Source: Candidatus Muiribacterium halophilum (GTDB taxonomy: Bacteria; Muiribacteriota; Muiribacteriia; Muiribacteriales; Muiribacteriaceae). Taken from it: a stretch of DNA of 64,000 nt. A program made the translations under genes and the position numbers. The stretch lies in assembly GCA_002869225.1 (NCBI GenBank), contig PKTG01000130.1, positions 8,621-72,620 on the forward strand. The letters are read 5' to 3'. Shown here piece by piece: positions 50,303 through 59,956 of the stretch (position 1 is the stretch's first letter; each line of letters begins with the position of its first letter). The notes beneath the pieces are model-generated. The model saw only the letters and a list, made by a program, of their open reading frames with translations, was not told the origin of the DNA and searched no databases.

Positions 50303-50901
50303 TTTTCTATCTTCCTGTTTTTAATATAGTAATCTAAACCTGAATATACAGTGAAAAATATGCTTAAACCTTCAAGTAATCTGATTATATAAAAATAATT
50401 AGCATTAAACAAATTTGTATAATGATTATTTGTTAAAAATCTTAAAAAACAAATCTCGAATGATACAAACACGAGTAAGGTTATAATATGTATTAGCTGA
50501 AATGTAGTCTTCCATTTTCCTAGTCTCGATGCTGCAATTACCTTTCCCTGTTCAATGGATACAAGTCTAAGACCTGACACAAAAAACTCTCTGCTTATTA
50601 TTATTATAGCTGTATAGGGCAATATCATCTTATAATAAAGAAGACATATCAAAGTTGAAGAAACTAATATCTTATCTGCTATTGGATCCCATAACTTTCC
50701 AAAGTTACTTGTCATACCATATTTTCTGGCATAATAACCATCCATACCATCGCTTATCGCACCAAGTATGAAAAGTACAGCAGCAGCGATTTTCAAGAAA
50801 TCTTCCTGAATTCCTTGGATTCCAGTATCAACAACAAAGAATACTACTATAAACGGAACAACAATAACTCTAAAAAATGTAAGTTTATTAGCTATGTTCA
50901 T
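50299..50901 (-). CDS. pgsA: CDP-diacylglycerol--glycerol-3-phosphate 3-phosphatidyltransferase
   Basis: N.LT..R, D..DG..AR...FGK.WDP.ADK, GKWKT. Confidence 0.95.
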   Translation of the reverse strand: MNIANKLTFFRVIVVPFIVVFFVVDTGIQGIQEDFLKIAAAVLFILGAISDGMDGYYARKYGMTSNFGKLWDPIADKILVSSTLICLLYYKMILPYTAIIIISREFFVSGLRLVSIEQGKVIAASRLGKWKTTFQLIHIITLLVFVSFEICFLRFLTNNHYTNLFNANYFYIIRLLEGLSIFFTVYSGLDYYIKNRKIEK

Positions 50902-52220
50902 ATTATCACACCGAAAAGATCATACTCTGATGCTTCTTTAATCATCACTTCAACAAAATCTCCTGGTTTTAATTCCTTTTTACTTTCAACAAAGACAAAT
51001 CCATCGATCTCCGGAGCGGACATATATGTCCTTCCAACATAGACACCATCATCGTTCCCATCTATCAAAACTTTAAATCTCTTTCCAACAAGACTCTGAT
51101 TAAATTCAAGAGATACATCCGATTGTGCTAACATTAACTCGTTTTGTCTTTTCTGCATCGTATCCTTATCAACCTTTGGCTCCATTTCATAAGCCCTGGT
51201 TCCTTCTTCATCAGAATACATAAAAACCCCAAGTCTTTCAAGTCTTGCTTCCTTAATAAATTCCAGATTTTCTTCAAATTGTTTTTGAGTCTCACCTGGA
51301 AATCCTGTTATTAAAGTACTTCTTATAATTAGTCCAGGGATATTTTCTCTAAGCCATCTTATCTTCTCTATTATTTCTTCTTTATTACCTCTTCTGTTCA
51401 TTGCCTTTATGATATCAGAAGATATATTCTGTATAGGAATATCAAAATATTTACATATTTTTTCATTTTCATTTATTACTTTTATTAGTTCTTCATTTAT
51501 ATCCCAAATATTTAAATACATTATTCTGATCCATTCAATGCCAACTATCTCAGATAACCTTTCAAGTAATTCGGATAATCTATATTGCGAGTATAGATCA
51601 ACTCCATATTTTGTTGTTTCCTGCGCAATAACGATAAGTTCTTTCACACCTCTTTCCGCAAGAGTCTCAGCTTCGGAAATAATACTTTCAAATCTTTTCG
51701 ATCTATAGTCTCCTCTTATTATAGGAATAACACAATAAGAACAATAATTATTACATCCATCTGCTATCTTTATTTCTGAGACATGTTGCTGCCTTGAAGA
51801 CCTGGAAATAGTAGAATCGAATATAACTGGTTGGTCCTTGTTTACTTTCAGTATCCTTTTCTTTTCTTTAAAAAGTTTTTCCATTGTCTCATATAGCTCT
51901 TTAAAAGCATAAACACCAAGGACAGCATCAACTTCTGGAATATCATTGAATATATCTTCCGGATATCTTTGAGATAGACATCCTGTCACAATAAGAAAGA
52001 TATCTTTTTTTTCTTTTTTTAACTCTGCATAGAAAAGTATTGTATCTATAGCTTCTTTTTTTGCACTTTCTATAAAACCACATGTATTGACTATTATAAA
52101 GTTTGCCTTTTTATAATCATCAGTATATTTAAAGCCTTTAGACTCAAGAACCGAGCCCATCAGTTCAGCATCATTTGAGTTCTTAGCACAACCAAGCTTT
52201 TCTATATAATATTTTAACAT
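50898..52220 (-). CDS. rimO: Ribosomal protein S12 methylthiotransferase
   Basis: LGCAKN, NTCGFIESAK.E, GCNNYCSYC.IP.IRG, APEIDG; upstream of pgsA. Confidence 0.95.
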   Translation of the reverse strand: MLKYYIEKLGCAKNSNDAELMGSVLESKGFKYTDDYKKANFIIVNTCGFIESAKKEAIDTILFYAELKKEKKDIFLIVTGCLSQRYPEDIFNDIPEVDAVLGVYAFKELYETMEKLFKEKKRILKVNKDQPVIFDSTISRSSRQQHVSEIKIADGCNNYCSYCVIPIIRGDYRSKRFESIISEAETLAERGVKELIVIAQETTKYGVDLYSQYRLSELLERLSEIVGIEWIRIMYLNIWDINEELIKVINENEKICKYFDIPIQNISSDIIKAMNRRGNKEEIIEKIRWLRENIPGLIIRSTLITGFPGETQKQFEENLEFIKEARLERLGVFMYSDEEGTRAYEMEPKVDKDTMQKRQNELMLAQSDVSLEFNQSLVGKRFKVLIDGNDDGVYVGRTYMSAPEIDGFVFVESKKELKPGDFVEVMIKEASEYDLFGVII

Positions 52221-52237
52221 TAATTTACCCTGTGTGT

Positions 52238-52370
52238 AGTTATTGTTTGACTTGCAAACAAGTTTCGGACTTATTTAAATAACAGCAGGGACTTGGGATA
52301 AAACCGGATTTTGGATTTTGGGAAGATCAAAACCAACCCAAACCCCAAACACCAAATTCCAAACCCCACG
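52238..52370 (+). repeat. GTTA-hairpin motif followed by dispersed repeat copy
   Basis: 52238-52284 matches 45404-45450 (4 differences); 52288-52370 matches 29858-29933. Confidence 0.85.
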
Positions 52371-52516
52371 CTTTTTCTATCTTCTGCTTCTATCTGTTCA
52401 CTGTTCTACTGTTTTTAAAATTATTCAATCTTCATTATTAATTGTTAATTACAGTGCTTATGGGTCAGGCTGAGCTTTGTAAGCTTAATTTTGGGAACAG
52501 CCAGACCCGGCACTGT

Positions 52517-55500
52517 TCACTGCTTCTTCGCTAGATTCTTCTCAATATATATAAGTGATCTTCTAGCATCTTTAGCATAAGATGAGTTAGGTTTCAATTC
52601 TATTACCCTGTTATACTCTTTCATCGATTCCTTAAGCATATTCTTTGTCTTGTATAATGAAGCAAGTTTAAAATGCGCCTCAACCAACTGATTATCAAGA
52701 GTTATTGCATTTCTATACTCTTCCATTGCCTCACCTTTCATATTGACCTTAAGGTTCTCATTATAGGCTTCAGCAAGTTCAAAATGTGCATATGCATTAT
52801 TGGTATCCCTTTCAACTGCTTTTTTTGCAATATCGATAGCAGCACTATAATCAGGTTCTTCTGATTCCAGTCCTTCCTTATCAAATAATCTTCTCATTGC
52901 AAAATAAGGCCATAGGAAATCAGGATCTATAGATATTCCCATCTTATATGCAGATACTGCTGCAACTTTATCATCAGTAGATAATGTTATTGTTGGAATA
53001 AGTTTAGTATTTGCATAACCGTAAACAAAGTAAGTCATTGCATCCCTATTTTGATTCTCGGCTTCTTCTTTAAATTTCTTCTTATAATCAAAGAACTTTT
53101 TCTCTTTCTCATCAGAATTATTAAATCTATCATAGAGAGCATCAACATAACATACAGCTGCATGTCCATCATATGGATCAAGTTCGATTATCTCATGATA
53201 TATCTCAGATGCTTTTGCATAATTTTTCATAACAACAAGAATCTCTGCATATTTATGCATGACATCAAGATTGTCCTCATCCTGAGATTTTATTATCTCG
53301 TATAAAGATGATGCTTTATCAAAATCTCCCATTTTAGAATAAGTGTCAGCAAGAAGCTCTCTATAGAAAAGATTATCTTTATCCATATCACATGCTTTTT
53401 CAAGCTCTGATAAAGCTTTTTCTTTAAGATTTGCTTCTGTAAAAGCACTTTCCGGTATCACTGAATATAAATACCCTAGTTCAAAGTGTACCATAGGATC
53501 TTTTGCATTTGATTCAACTTCTTTCTTATATTTTTCAATAAGCTCTGCAATATGATTTCCATCATATTCTTCGTTGAATATCTTTTCCCTATAGGAATCT
53601 ATTAATGTCTTTTTCAGATTCATATTAGTCTTATAAAATTCTGATGCTTTTTCAAGATATTTGATAGCTTTATCAAACTGTCCCAATCTAAAAGCAAGCA
53701 TACCGGCTTTGAGATTTACTTCTTTAAAGTTTTCAGAATCATCAATATCAAGGACTCTTTCATATTCAAAGAAAGCTTTACTAAATATTTCCTGAAGTTC
53801 ATATATTTTTCCAAGTCTATATCTTGCTTCAAGATAATTCGGATTTATCTCAATGACAGATTGATATTTCATCATCGCATTCTCTAGATCGCCATTTGCC
53901 TCAAATTCTCTTGCTGCAGCTAGATGTTTATTTATTTCCTTATCAGTCTCAGCTTGATGCATCTTATCAAAGAACCTTTTTGCCTGAGAATTGTCAGGTT
54001 GAAGATTTAAGAGTTTATCATAGATAGTCTTAGCTTCATTGAAATCCTGTTTTGCTTCAAGGATCTCTCCTAGTTTACTAAACGCATCTATAAATCCTTC
54101 ATCCATACTCACAGCAGTTCTCAACTCTTCAAGAGCTTTTTCTACATCACCCTTAAGCCAATATATTGAACCAGCCTGATAATGACCATGTACATCAGTA
54201 TAATCCTTTTTAATAAGTGAAGTGAATTCTTCTAATGCACTATCAAGATCATTCTTTGAAAGATAGATCATACCAAGATTATAAAAGGCTTTTGTAAAAT
54301 CTTCATTTTTCTGTTTTACAAGCTTATAATAAGCCATAGCCTGAGCCTTATCATTTCTTGCATTATATATCTCAGCAAGTTCAAAATAAGGTCTATAATC
54401 ATCAGGGTTCGTTTCGATGATATTTTCATATTCTTTTATTGCGTTTTCTTCCATTCCTCTTTCTCTATATACTTCAGCTGCTTTTAATCTTTCCTCGACT
54501 TCTTTCTTCTGTTCACTTGACGTGAATTCATTATAAAGTTCTTTGATATTTATATTATCCGGTTCAATATCTATAGCCAACTTTATTTCATTTACAGCTT
54601 CATCAAGCATGTTTTTGTCTTTATATACTTTAGCAAGTTCATAATAAGCTTCCCCACGGTTTTTGGAGAGTTTTTTAGCCTGTGAGAACTCATTCATAGC
54701 ATTGTTTATCATAATCTCATCCTTATAGGATTTTCCAATACTATAATAAAGTCTACCTAGTTCAAGATGAGCTTCATAACTATCAGGTTCGACTTCAATG
54801 ACCTGCTTAAACTCAAGAACAGCTTTATCTATCATTCCTGTCTTCTTGTATAGTTTACCCATCTCTATCCTTGCTTTGAGATTTGCTGGATCCGATGCAA
54901 CGACTTCCTTAAGCTTTTCAATAGCTTCATCGTTTTGAGCCTGAGAAGCTAATGTAAGTGCTATCTCGATCTTCGCTTCATATCTCATTGGAGCGATCTC
55001 AAGAACCTTCTTAAATAACTTCATAGCCTGTTCATACTGTTTGTCATCTCTATAGACTTTTCCAAGCATTATATAAGTATCAAGATTATCATTTTCATGA
55101 GCCAAAGCATTCTTTAGAGTCTTGACTGCTTTTTCCTTTGCACCTGTCTTCCAATACATTATAGCAAGTGAGTGATAATCCTCTATCTGACAATCAGGAT
55201 TTTTCACTAATTGTTCAAAGACTTCTATTCCCTTGTTATACATATTCTTTTCCAGATATATCTTGCCCAGCATTCCTGATAATTCAGGATATAATGGTTG
55301 AAGTTGTCTTGCTTTTTCGAAATACATAAGAGCTTCATCATAGTTTCCTTCCTTATAGAAAAGCTCTCCCATTCCAAAATAGACATCTGCTGTAGCTAGA
55401 CCGAGCTTAAGAGCTTTCATGAAGTGCTCTTTTGATTTTTTGAAGTTGTCTATCTCTCTATTTATAAATGCTATCTTATAATGGATATTTGGATTGTCTT

Positions 55501-58500
55501 CATCATTTTTAAGTATTCTATGATATATATCAAGTGCTTCATCAAGCATATCCTGCTTTTCAAAGATCTCAGCAATTTTATACCTGATCTCTCTAGCTCT
55601 TTTCTGATCAGCTCCACCAAGAAGCTTTTTATAAAAATCATATGCTTTATCAAGTATATTATTCTGATTATAATAATCCGCAAGTTTTTCAGTTATCTCA
55701 TCACTATCCTCATACTTCAGGATCTTTTCATAAGCTACTATAGCTCCATCTATATTTCCGCTTTCCTCAAGGAGTTCAGCGTATCTTTTGAGAATATCCG
55801 AATCCATATCTTTTTCAAGTAGACTTTCGAATAAAATTGAAGCTTCCTGCTCGTTTTCAGTCTTGATATAATAAATGAATAGACCTTTTAGTGCTTTAGT
55901 GTTATCCGGATCAAGCTCTAGTATTCTCTTATAAATATCTCCAAGTTCACTGTACATTCCCTCATTTTCGTATATCTGCGCGAGTTTTGAACAAACAAGT
56001 ACATCTCTTGGTTTAAACTCAAGATATTTTTCATAAAAGTTCATAGCTCTAGTCTCTTCACCCTGAGCCTGATAGATATTACCAAGTGATCTATAAACTT
56101 CTACGTTTGTTGGTTCCATCTCAAGTACTTTTTCATACTTTTCAATGGCTCTAAGATTCTGTTTTCTTTTTTCAAATATATTTGCAAATCTAAGTTGTAT
56201 CCTTACATCTTCAGGAGATTTTTCTTCTGCTTTATGGAGTTCATTTAGTGCTTCCATATATTTTTCTTTCTTAAGATATAGTTCGGCCATCTCAAGATGT
56301 ATTTCAGGATTATCAGGGAATTTATCCCCAACTTTTTTGTATTCTTCAAACGCTTCATCAAATTTTTCTTCAGAGAAGAACACTCTTCCTCTTTCAAGGT
56401 ACAGTTCAATATATTCAGGATGAATATCCTGAACTTCGTTTATAAAGTTTAGAGCTTCGATATTCATGTCTTTTTCTCTGTATAATTCAAGTACTTTTAA
56501 TACAATATCCTTATCATAGTTCTCAAGTTCAACTGCTTTTTTAAGGTAGTTAATACCTTCATCAAACTTCTTATTATTAAGACTTGCAAGACCCAGATTA
56601 AAATAAAGCTCAGAGTTTTCAAATTCAGTATCTCTAAGGGTCTGTAGATTTTCCATAGCTTCTTCAAAGTTCTTATCAGCTATTAGAACAAGTCCAAGAT
56701 ACCATACCGCTTCTCTGAACATATCATTAAGTTCAATTGCTCTTTTAAGACTGGTCTCTGCTTTCAGAAAGTTTTCAAGATGATAGTTTGCCTTACCCAA
56801 TAGGAACCATGAGTATTCATCACCTTTTTTATCTTCAAGATATCTTTCAATGTTTTCATTGACCTTATTATAACTTTCAAGTTTGTCATATATCTCAGAG
56901 ATCCTCTTGTATACTTCAACATAAGAAGGATCAAATTCAAGAGCTTTTTCAAAGTTTTCAAGAGCTTTTTCAAGCTCACCGTTCTTTTCATTTTCACTAG
57001 CTAATCTGAAATATATATCAGCATTTTCAGGGTCTAGTTTATTCGCTTCTTCAAAGTGATTTTTAGCTTCGTTTGCAAATCCAAGCTTGTCATATATAGT
57101 ACCAAGTCTGTAGTGAGCATTGGAATTATCAGGAGAAAGCGAGACAGCTGTCTTATAGTTTTCAAGTGCTTCTTCTAAAAGACCATTGGCAATGAAGATC
57201 TCCCCAAGCTCGACATAAGCCTCCATATAGGATTGATCAAGGTTTATTACTTTGTTAAACTCTTCTATCGCTTCGTTAATAAGATATTTCTTCATGTATA
57301 GTTTACCAAGTTCATAATGAGCTTTTACATTGTTAGGGAATATCTTAATAGCCTTCTGATAAGTCTCTATTGCATCTGGAAGGTTTTCCATTTCTGAATA
57401 AAGATCAGCTAGAGCATATATAACATCTACAAATTCAGGATTAAGACTTAATGCTTTCTTAAGATACTGAAGCGACATCTCTTTTTTATCAAGATTCTTA
57501 TATGCAATACCGAGTTCATATGCAAACAGTGAGTTATGTGGATTTCTAATAACTGCTTTTTCCAGTATATCTATAATATCCTGATATTTTCCTGCTTTTT
57601 TATACTGTCCTACGAGTTTATAAATAACATTTATATAATCAGGTTTTAATTCATGAGCTTTCTCAAATGAAGTAATAGCTTCACTTACCTTACCGTTCTT
57701 TTCATAGATCTGCCCAAGTTCGAAAAATACTTCTTCGTTTGTATTATCTATATCACGAGCTTTAATAAGATTTTGTTCTGCTTTTTCAAGTTCTCCCTGA
57801 TTCAGATATAAAGTACCTAATCTCTGATACGCCTCGACATAATCTTTTTCTATCGATATAGCAAGATTGTACTGTTCAATTGCTTCTTCATCTCTCTGAA
57901 GATTAAAATAGACTTCTCCAAGCTCAAAATGAATAAATGCATTCTGAAATTCTGTCTCAAGTGATTTTTTAAACTCATCAATAGCACTTTCATACTCATA
58001 CTTCTCATAATATAATTTACCAAGTTCAAAGTGGATCTTACTGTTATCAGGTTCGTATTCAACTACATTCTCAAAAGCTTTAACAGCTTTATCAGTCTCA
58101 CCTGCTGAAAGATAAAGACCACCAAGTTCGGTACTTGCACTTATTGTATATTCTTCGGATTCAAGAAGTTTTTCAAATTGTTTGATAGATTCTTCAAGCA
58201 TTCCCTGATTCTTATATGCTCTCCCAAGTTCAAAAATAGCTCCTTCAAATTCTTCATCCTGTATTAGGACTTTTCTGAAACATCCAATAGCTTTATCAAC
58301 TCTTCCCTTGACAATATTTAATTTACCAAGGTCATACCAGGCGTGTTTGTTTTTAGGAGATACTTCTATACATTTCTGCAAAAACTCAAGAGCTCTATCA
58401 AATTCCCCTTGCTTTTTATATATTATACCTGCATTATAAAGTGCATCAAAGTTTCTTGGTTCTATCTCAAGTATAAGCATATACTGTCTTGCAGCTTCAT

Positions 58501-59947
58501 TTAGTTTATCAAGAAGATCATAATTTTCAGCAAGAGCAAGATGATATCTTACCTCTTTTGGCTGAAGTATTGTTGCTTTCTTAAGATCTTTTACAGCTTT
58601 CTCATAATTTTCATTTCTCGAGTTTATGACTCCAGTATAATAGAAGGAATCAGAAAAGTTCTCATCAAGGTTCTGTACTTTTTCAAAGTATTCAAGTGAC
58701 TTAACATCGTTATTGAGATTAAAATAGGAGACGGCGATCTTAAAGAATACATCTATATCAGATGGTTCTATCTCAATAACTTTTTCAAAGTTTCTTATTG
58801 CCTGATGATAATCTTCTCTTTTTATTAGAATATCTCCAAGTCTCTTATAAGCTACTACGTAAGTGTTATCAAGTTTCAATACTTCCTCAAAATTTCTGGA
58901 AGCTTCATCATATTTACTCTGTGAGAAGTATAATTCTCCTAATTTGTAATATGCCTCTACATTATATTTATCAACATCAAGTATTGAACCATATTCTTTT
59001 ATTGCTTCACTATAGGACTTCTGATACTGATATATCTCAGCTAACTTTATATGAGCCTGAACATTTCTGTTATCTATCTCAAGAGCCTTCCTATATTCTA
59101 CTATTGCTGCTCCAACAAGATTATTTCGCATATAGACCTGAGCTAGAGCCATGTGAGCTTCTATATTCTTTCTATCCATATCTATTATCTTCTTAAACTC
59201 TTCCTGTGCACTCTCAATAAGTTCCATATTAAGGTATACAAAACCAAGTTTAAGTCTAGCTTTTATATTATCATTCTCAAGTTCGAGTATATCTCTGTAG
59301 GTCTTGACAGCATCTTCATATTTTTTCAGGTTATTGAAGACCTCTCCAAGTTCAAAATACACCCATACATTTTCAGTATTAAGTTCTATTGCTTTTTCAT
59401 ACATCGCAGATGCTTTGACTAGCTGTGTGGAATCATTATAAAGTCTTGCAAGTTCAACATAACATTCAGGAAAATCTTTATTTACTTCTACTGCTTTTTT
59501 CAGGAATATCTCTGCTTTCTCAGTTTCTTTATCTCTCTTATATAGTTTTCCAAGGTTAAAATTAGCTAAAGAATTCTCACTGTTTATATCTATTGTCTTT
59601 TCAAAATACACTTTAGCCATCTCAAACATCGAATTTTCTTCATAAAGAGATGCGAGCAGGAAGTTAGACTTTTCACTTAGAGGATTTATCTCAACAGCTT
59701 TTTTCAGATTATCCATTGCATCTTCAGTATTTTCTTTTCTATAATTTAAAGAACCTAGATAATAATAAGCTTCAAACTCATTTGGATATAATCTTGTAAG
59801 TCTGCTTGAAATATTTTTAAGCTTACGATCATTTCCTTCCTCATCATATATATGCATAAGTTCTACATATGCAGGTTTAAATGATGCATCTATCTTTATT
59901 GCTTTTTCAAGCATCTTTATTGCATTTTCTGTATTTTCCATTCTCAT
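52517..59947 (-). CDS. Giant TPR protein (2476 aa)
   Basis: Near-continuous 34-aa TPR units (A...LG..Y......A...Y.KA....P) over the whole length. Confidence 0.93.
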   Translation of the reverse strand: MRMENTENAIKMLEKAIKIDASFKPAYVELMHIYDEEGNDRKLKNISSRLTRLYPNEFEAYYYLGSLNYRKENTEDAMDNLKKAVEINPLSEKSNFLLASLYEENSMFEMAKVYFEKTIDINSENSLANFNLGKLYKRDKETEKAEIFLKKAVEVNKDFPECYVELARLYNDSTQLVKASAMYEKAIELNTENVWVYFELGEVFNNLKKYEDAVKTYRDILELENDNIKARLKLGFVYLNMELIESAQEEFKKIIDMDRKNIEAHMALAQVYMRNNLVGAAIVEYRKALEIDNRNVQAHIKLAEIYQYQKSYSEAIKEYGSILDVDKYNVEAYYKLGELYFSQSKYDEASRNFEEVLKLDNTYVVAYKRLGDILIKREDYHQAIRNFEKVIEIEPSDIDVFFKIAVSYFNLNNDVKSLEYFEKVQNLDENFSDSFYYTGVINSRNENYEKAVKDLKKATILQPKEVRYHLALAENYDLLDKLNEAARQYMLILEIEPRNFDALYNAGIIYKKQGEFDRALEFLQKCIEVSPKNKHAWYDLGKLNIVKGRVDKAIGCFRKVLIQDEEFEGAIFELGRAYKNQGMLEESIKQFEKLLESEEYTISASTELGGLYLSAGETDKAVKAFENVVEYEPDNSKIHFELGKLYYEKYEYESAIDEFKKSLETEFQNAFIHFELGEVYFNLQRDEEAIEQYNLAISIEKDYVEAYQRLGTLYLNQGELEKAEQNLIKARDIDNTNEEVFFELGQIYEKNGKVSEAITSFEKAHELKPDYINVIYKLVGQYKKAGKYQDIIDILEKAVIRNPHNSLFAYELGIAYKNLDKKEMSLQYLKKALSLNPEFVDVIYALADLYSEMENLPDAIETYQKAIKIFPNNVKAHYELGKLYMKKYLINEAIEEFNKVINLDQSYMEAYVELGEIFIANGLLEEALENYKTAVSLSPDNSNAHYRLGTIYDKLGFANEAKNHFEEANKLDPENADIYFRLASENEKNGELEKALENFEKALEFDPSYVEVYKRISEIYDKLESYNKVNENIERYLEDKKGDEYSWFLLGKANYHLENFLKAETSLKRAIELNDMFREAVWYLGLVLIADKNFEEAMENLQTLRDTEFENSELYFNLGLASLNNKKFDEGINYLKKAVELENYDKDIVLKVLELYREKDMNIEALNFINEVQDIHPEYIELYLERGRVFFSEEKFDEAFEEYKKVGDKFPDNPEIHLEMAELYLKKEKYMEALNELHKAEEKSPEDVRIQLRFANIFEKRKQNLRAIEKYEKVLEMEPTNVEVYRSLGNIYQAQGEETRAMNFYEKYLEFKPRDVLVCSKLAQIYENEGMYSELGDIYKRILELDPDNTKALKGLFIYYIKTENEQEASILFESLLEKDMDSDILKRYAELLEESGNIDGAIVAYEKILKYEDSDEITEKLADYYNQNNILDKAYDFYKKLLGGADQKRAREIRYKIAEIFEKQDMLDEALDIYHRILKNDEDNPNIHYKIAFINREIDNFKKSKEHFMKALKLGLATADVYFGMGELFYKEGNYDEALMYFEKARQLQPLYPELSGMLGKIYLEKNMYNKGIEVFEQLVKNPDCQIEDYHSLAIMYWKTGAKEKAVKTLKNALAHENDNLDTYIMLGKVYRDDKQYEQAMKLFKKVLEIAPMRYEAKIEIALTLASQAQNDEAIEKLKEVVASDPANLKARIEMGKLYKKTGMIDKAVLEFKQVIEVEPDSYEAHLELGRLYYSIGKSYKDEIMINNAMNEFSQAKKLSKNRGEAYYELAKVYKDKNMLDEAVNEIKLAIDIEPDNINIKELYNEFTSSEQKKEVEERLKAAEVYRERGMEENAIKEYENIIETNPDDYRPYFELAEIYNARNDKAQAMAYYKLVKQKNEDFTKAFYNLGMIYLSKNDLDSALEEFTSLIKKDYTDVHGHYQAGSIYWLKGDVEKALEELRTAVSMDEGFIDAFSKLGEILEAKQDFNEAKTIYDKLLNLQPDNSQAKRFFDKMHQAETDKEINKHLAAAREFEANGDLENAMMKYQSVIEINPNYLEARYRLGKIYELQEIFSKAFFEYERVLDIDDSENFKEVNLKAGMLAFRLGQFDKAIKYLEKASEFYKTNMNLKKTLIDSYREKIFNEEYDGNHIAELIEKYKKEVESNAKDPMVHFELGYLYSVIPESAFTEANLKEKALSELEKACDMDKDNLFYRELLADTYSKMGDFDKASSLYEIIKSQDEDNLDVMHKYAEILVVMKNYAKASEIYHEIIELDPYDGHAAVCYVDALYDRFNNSDEKEKKFFDYKKKFKEEAENQNRDAMTYFVYGYANTKLIPTITLSTDDKVAAVSAYKMGISIDPDFLWPYFAMRRLFDKEGLESEEPDYSAAIDIAKKAVERDTNNAYAHFELAEAYNENLKVNMKGEAMEEYRNAITLDNQLVEAHFKLASLYKTKNMLKESMKEYNRVIELKPNSSYAKDARRSLIYIEKNLAKKQ

Positions 59948-59956
59948 CTCTATTTT

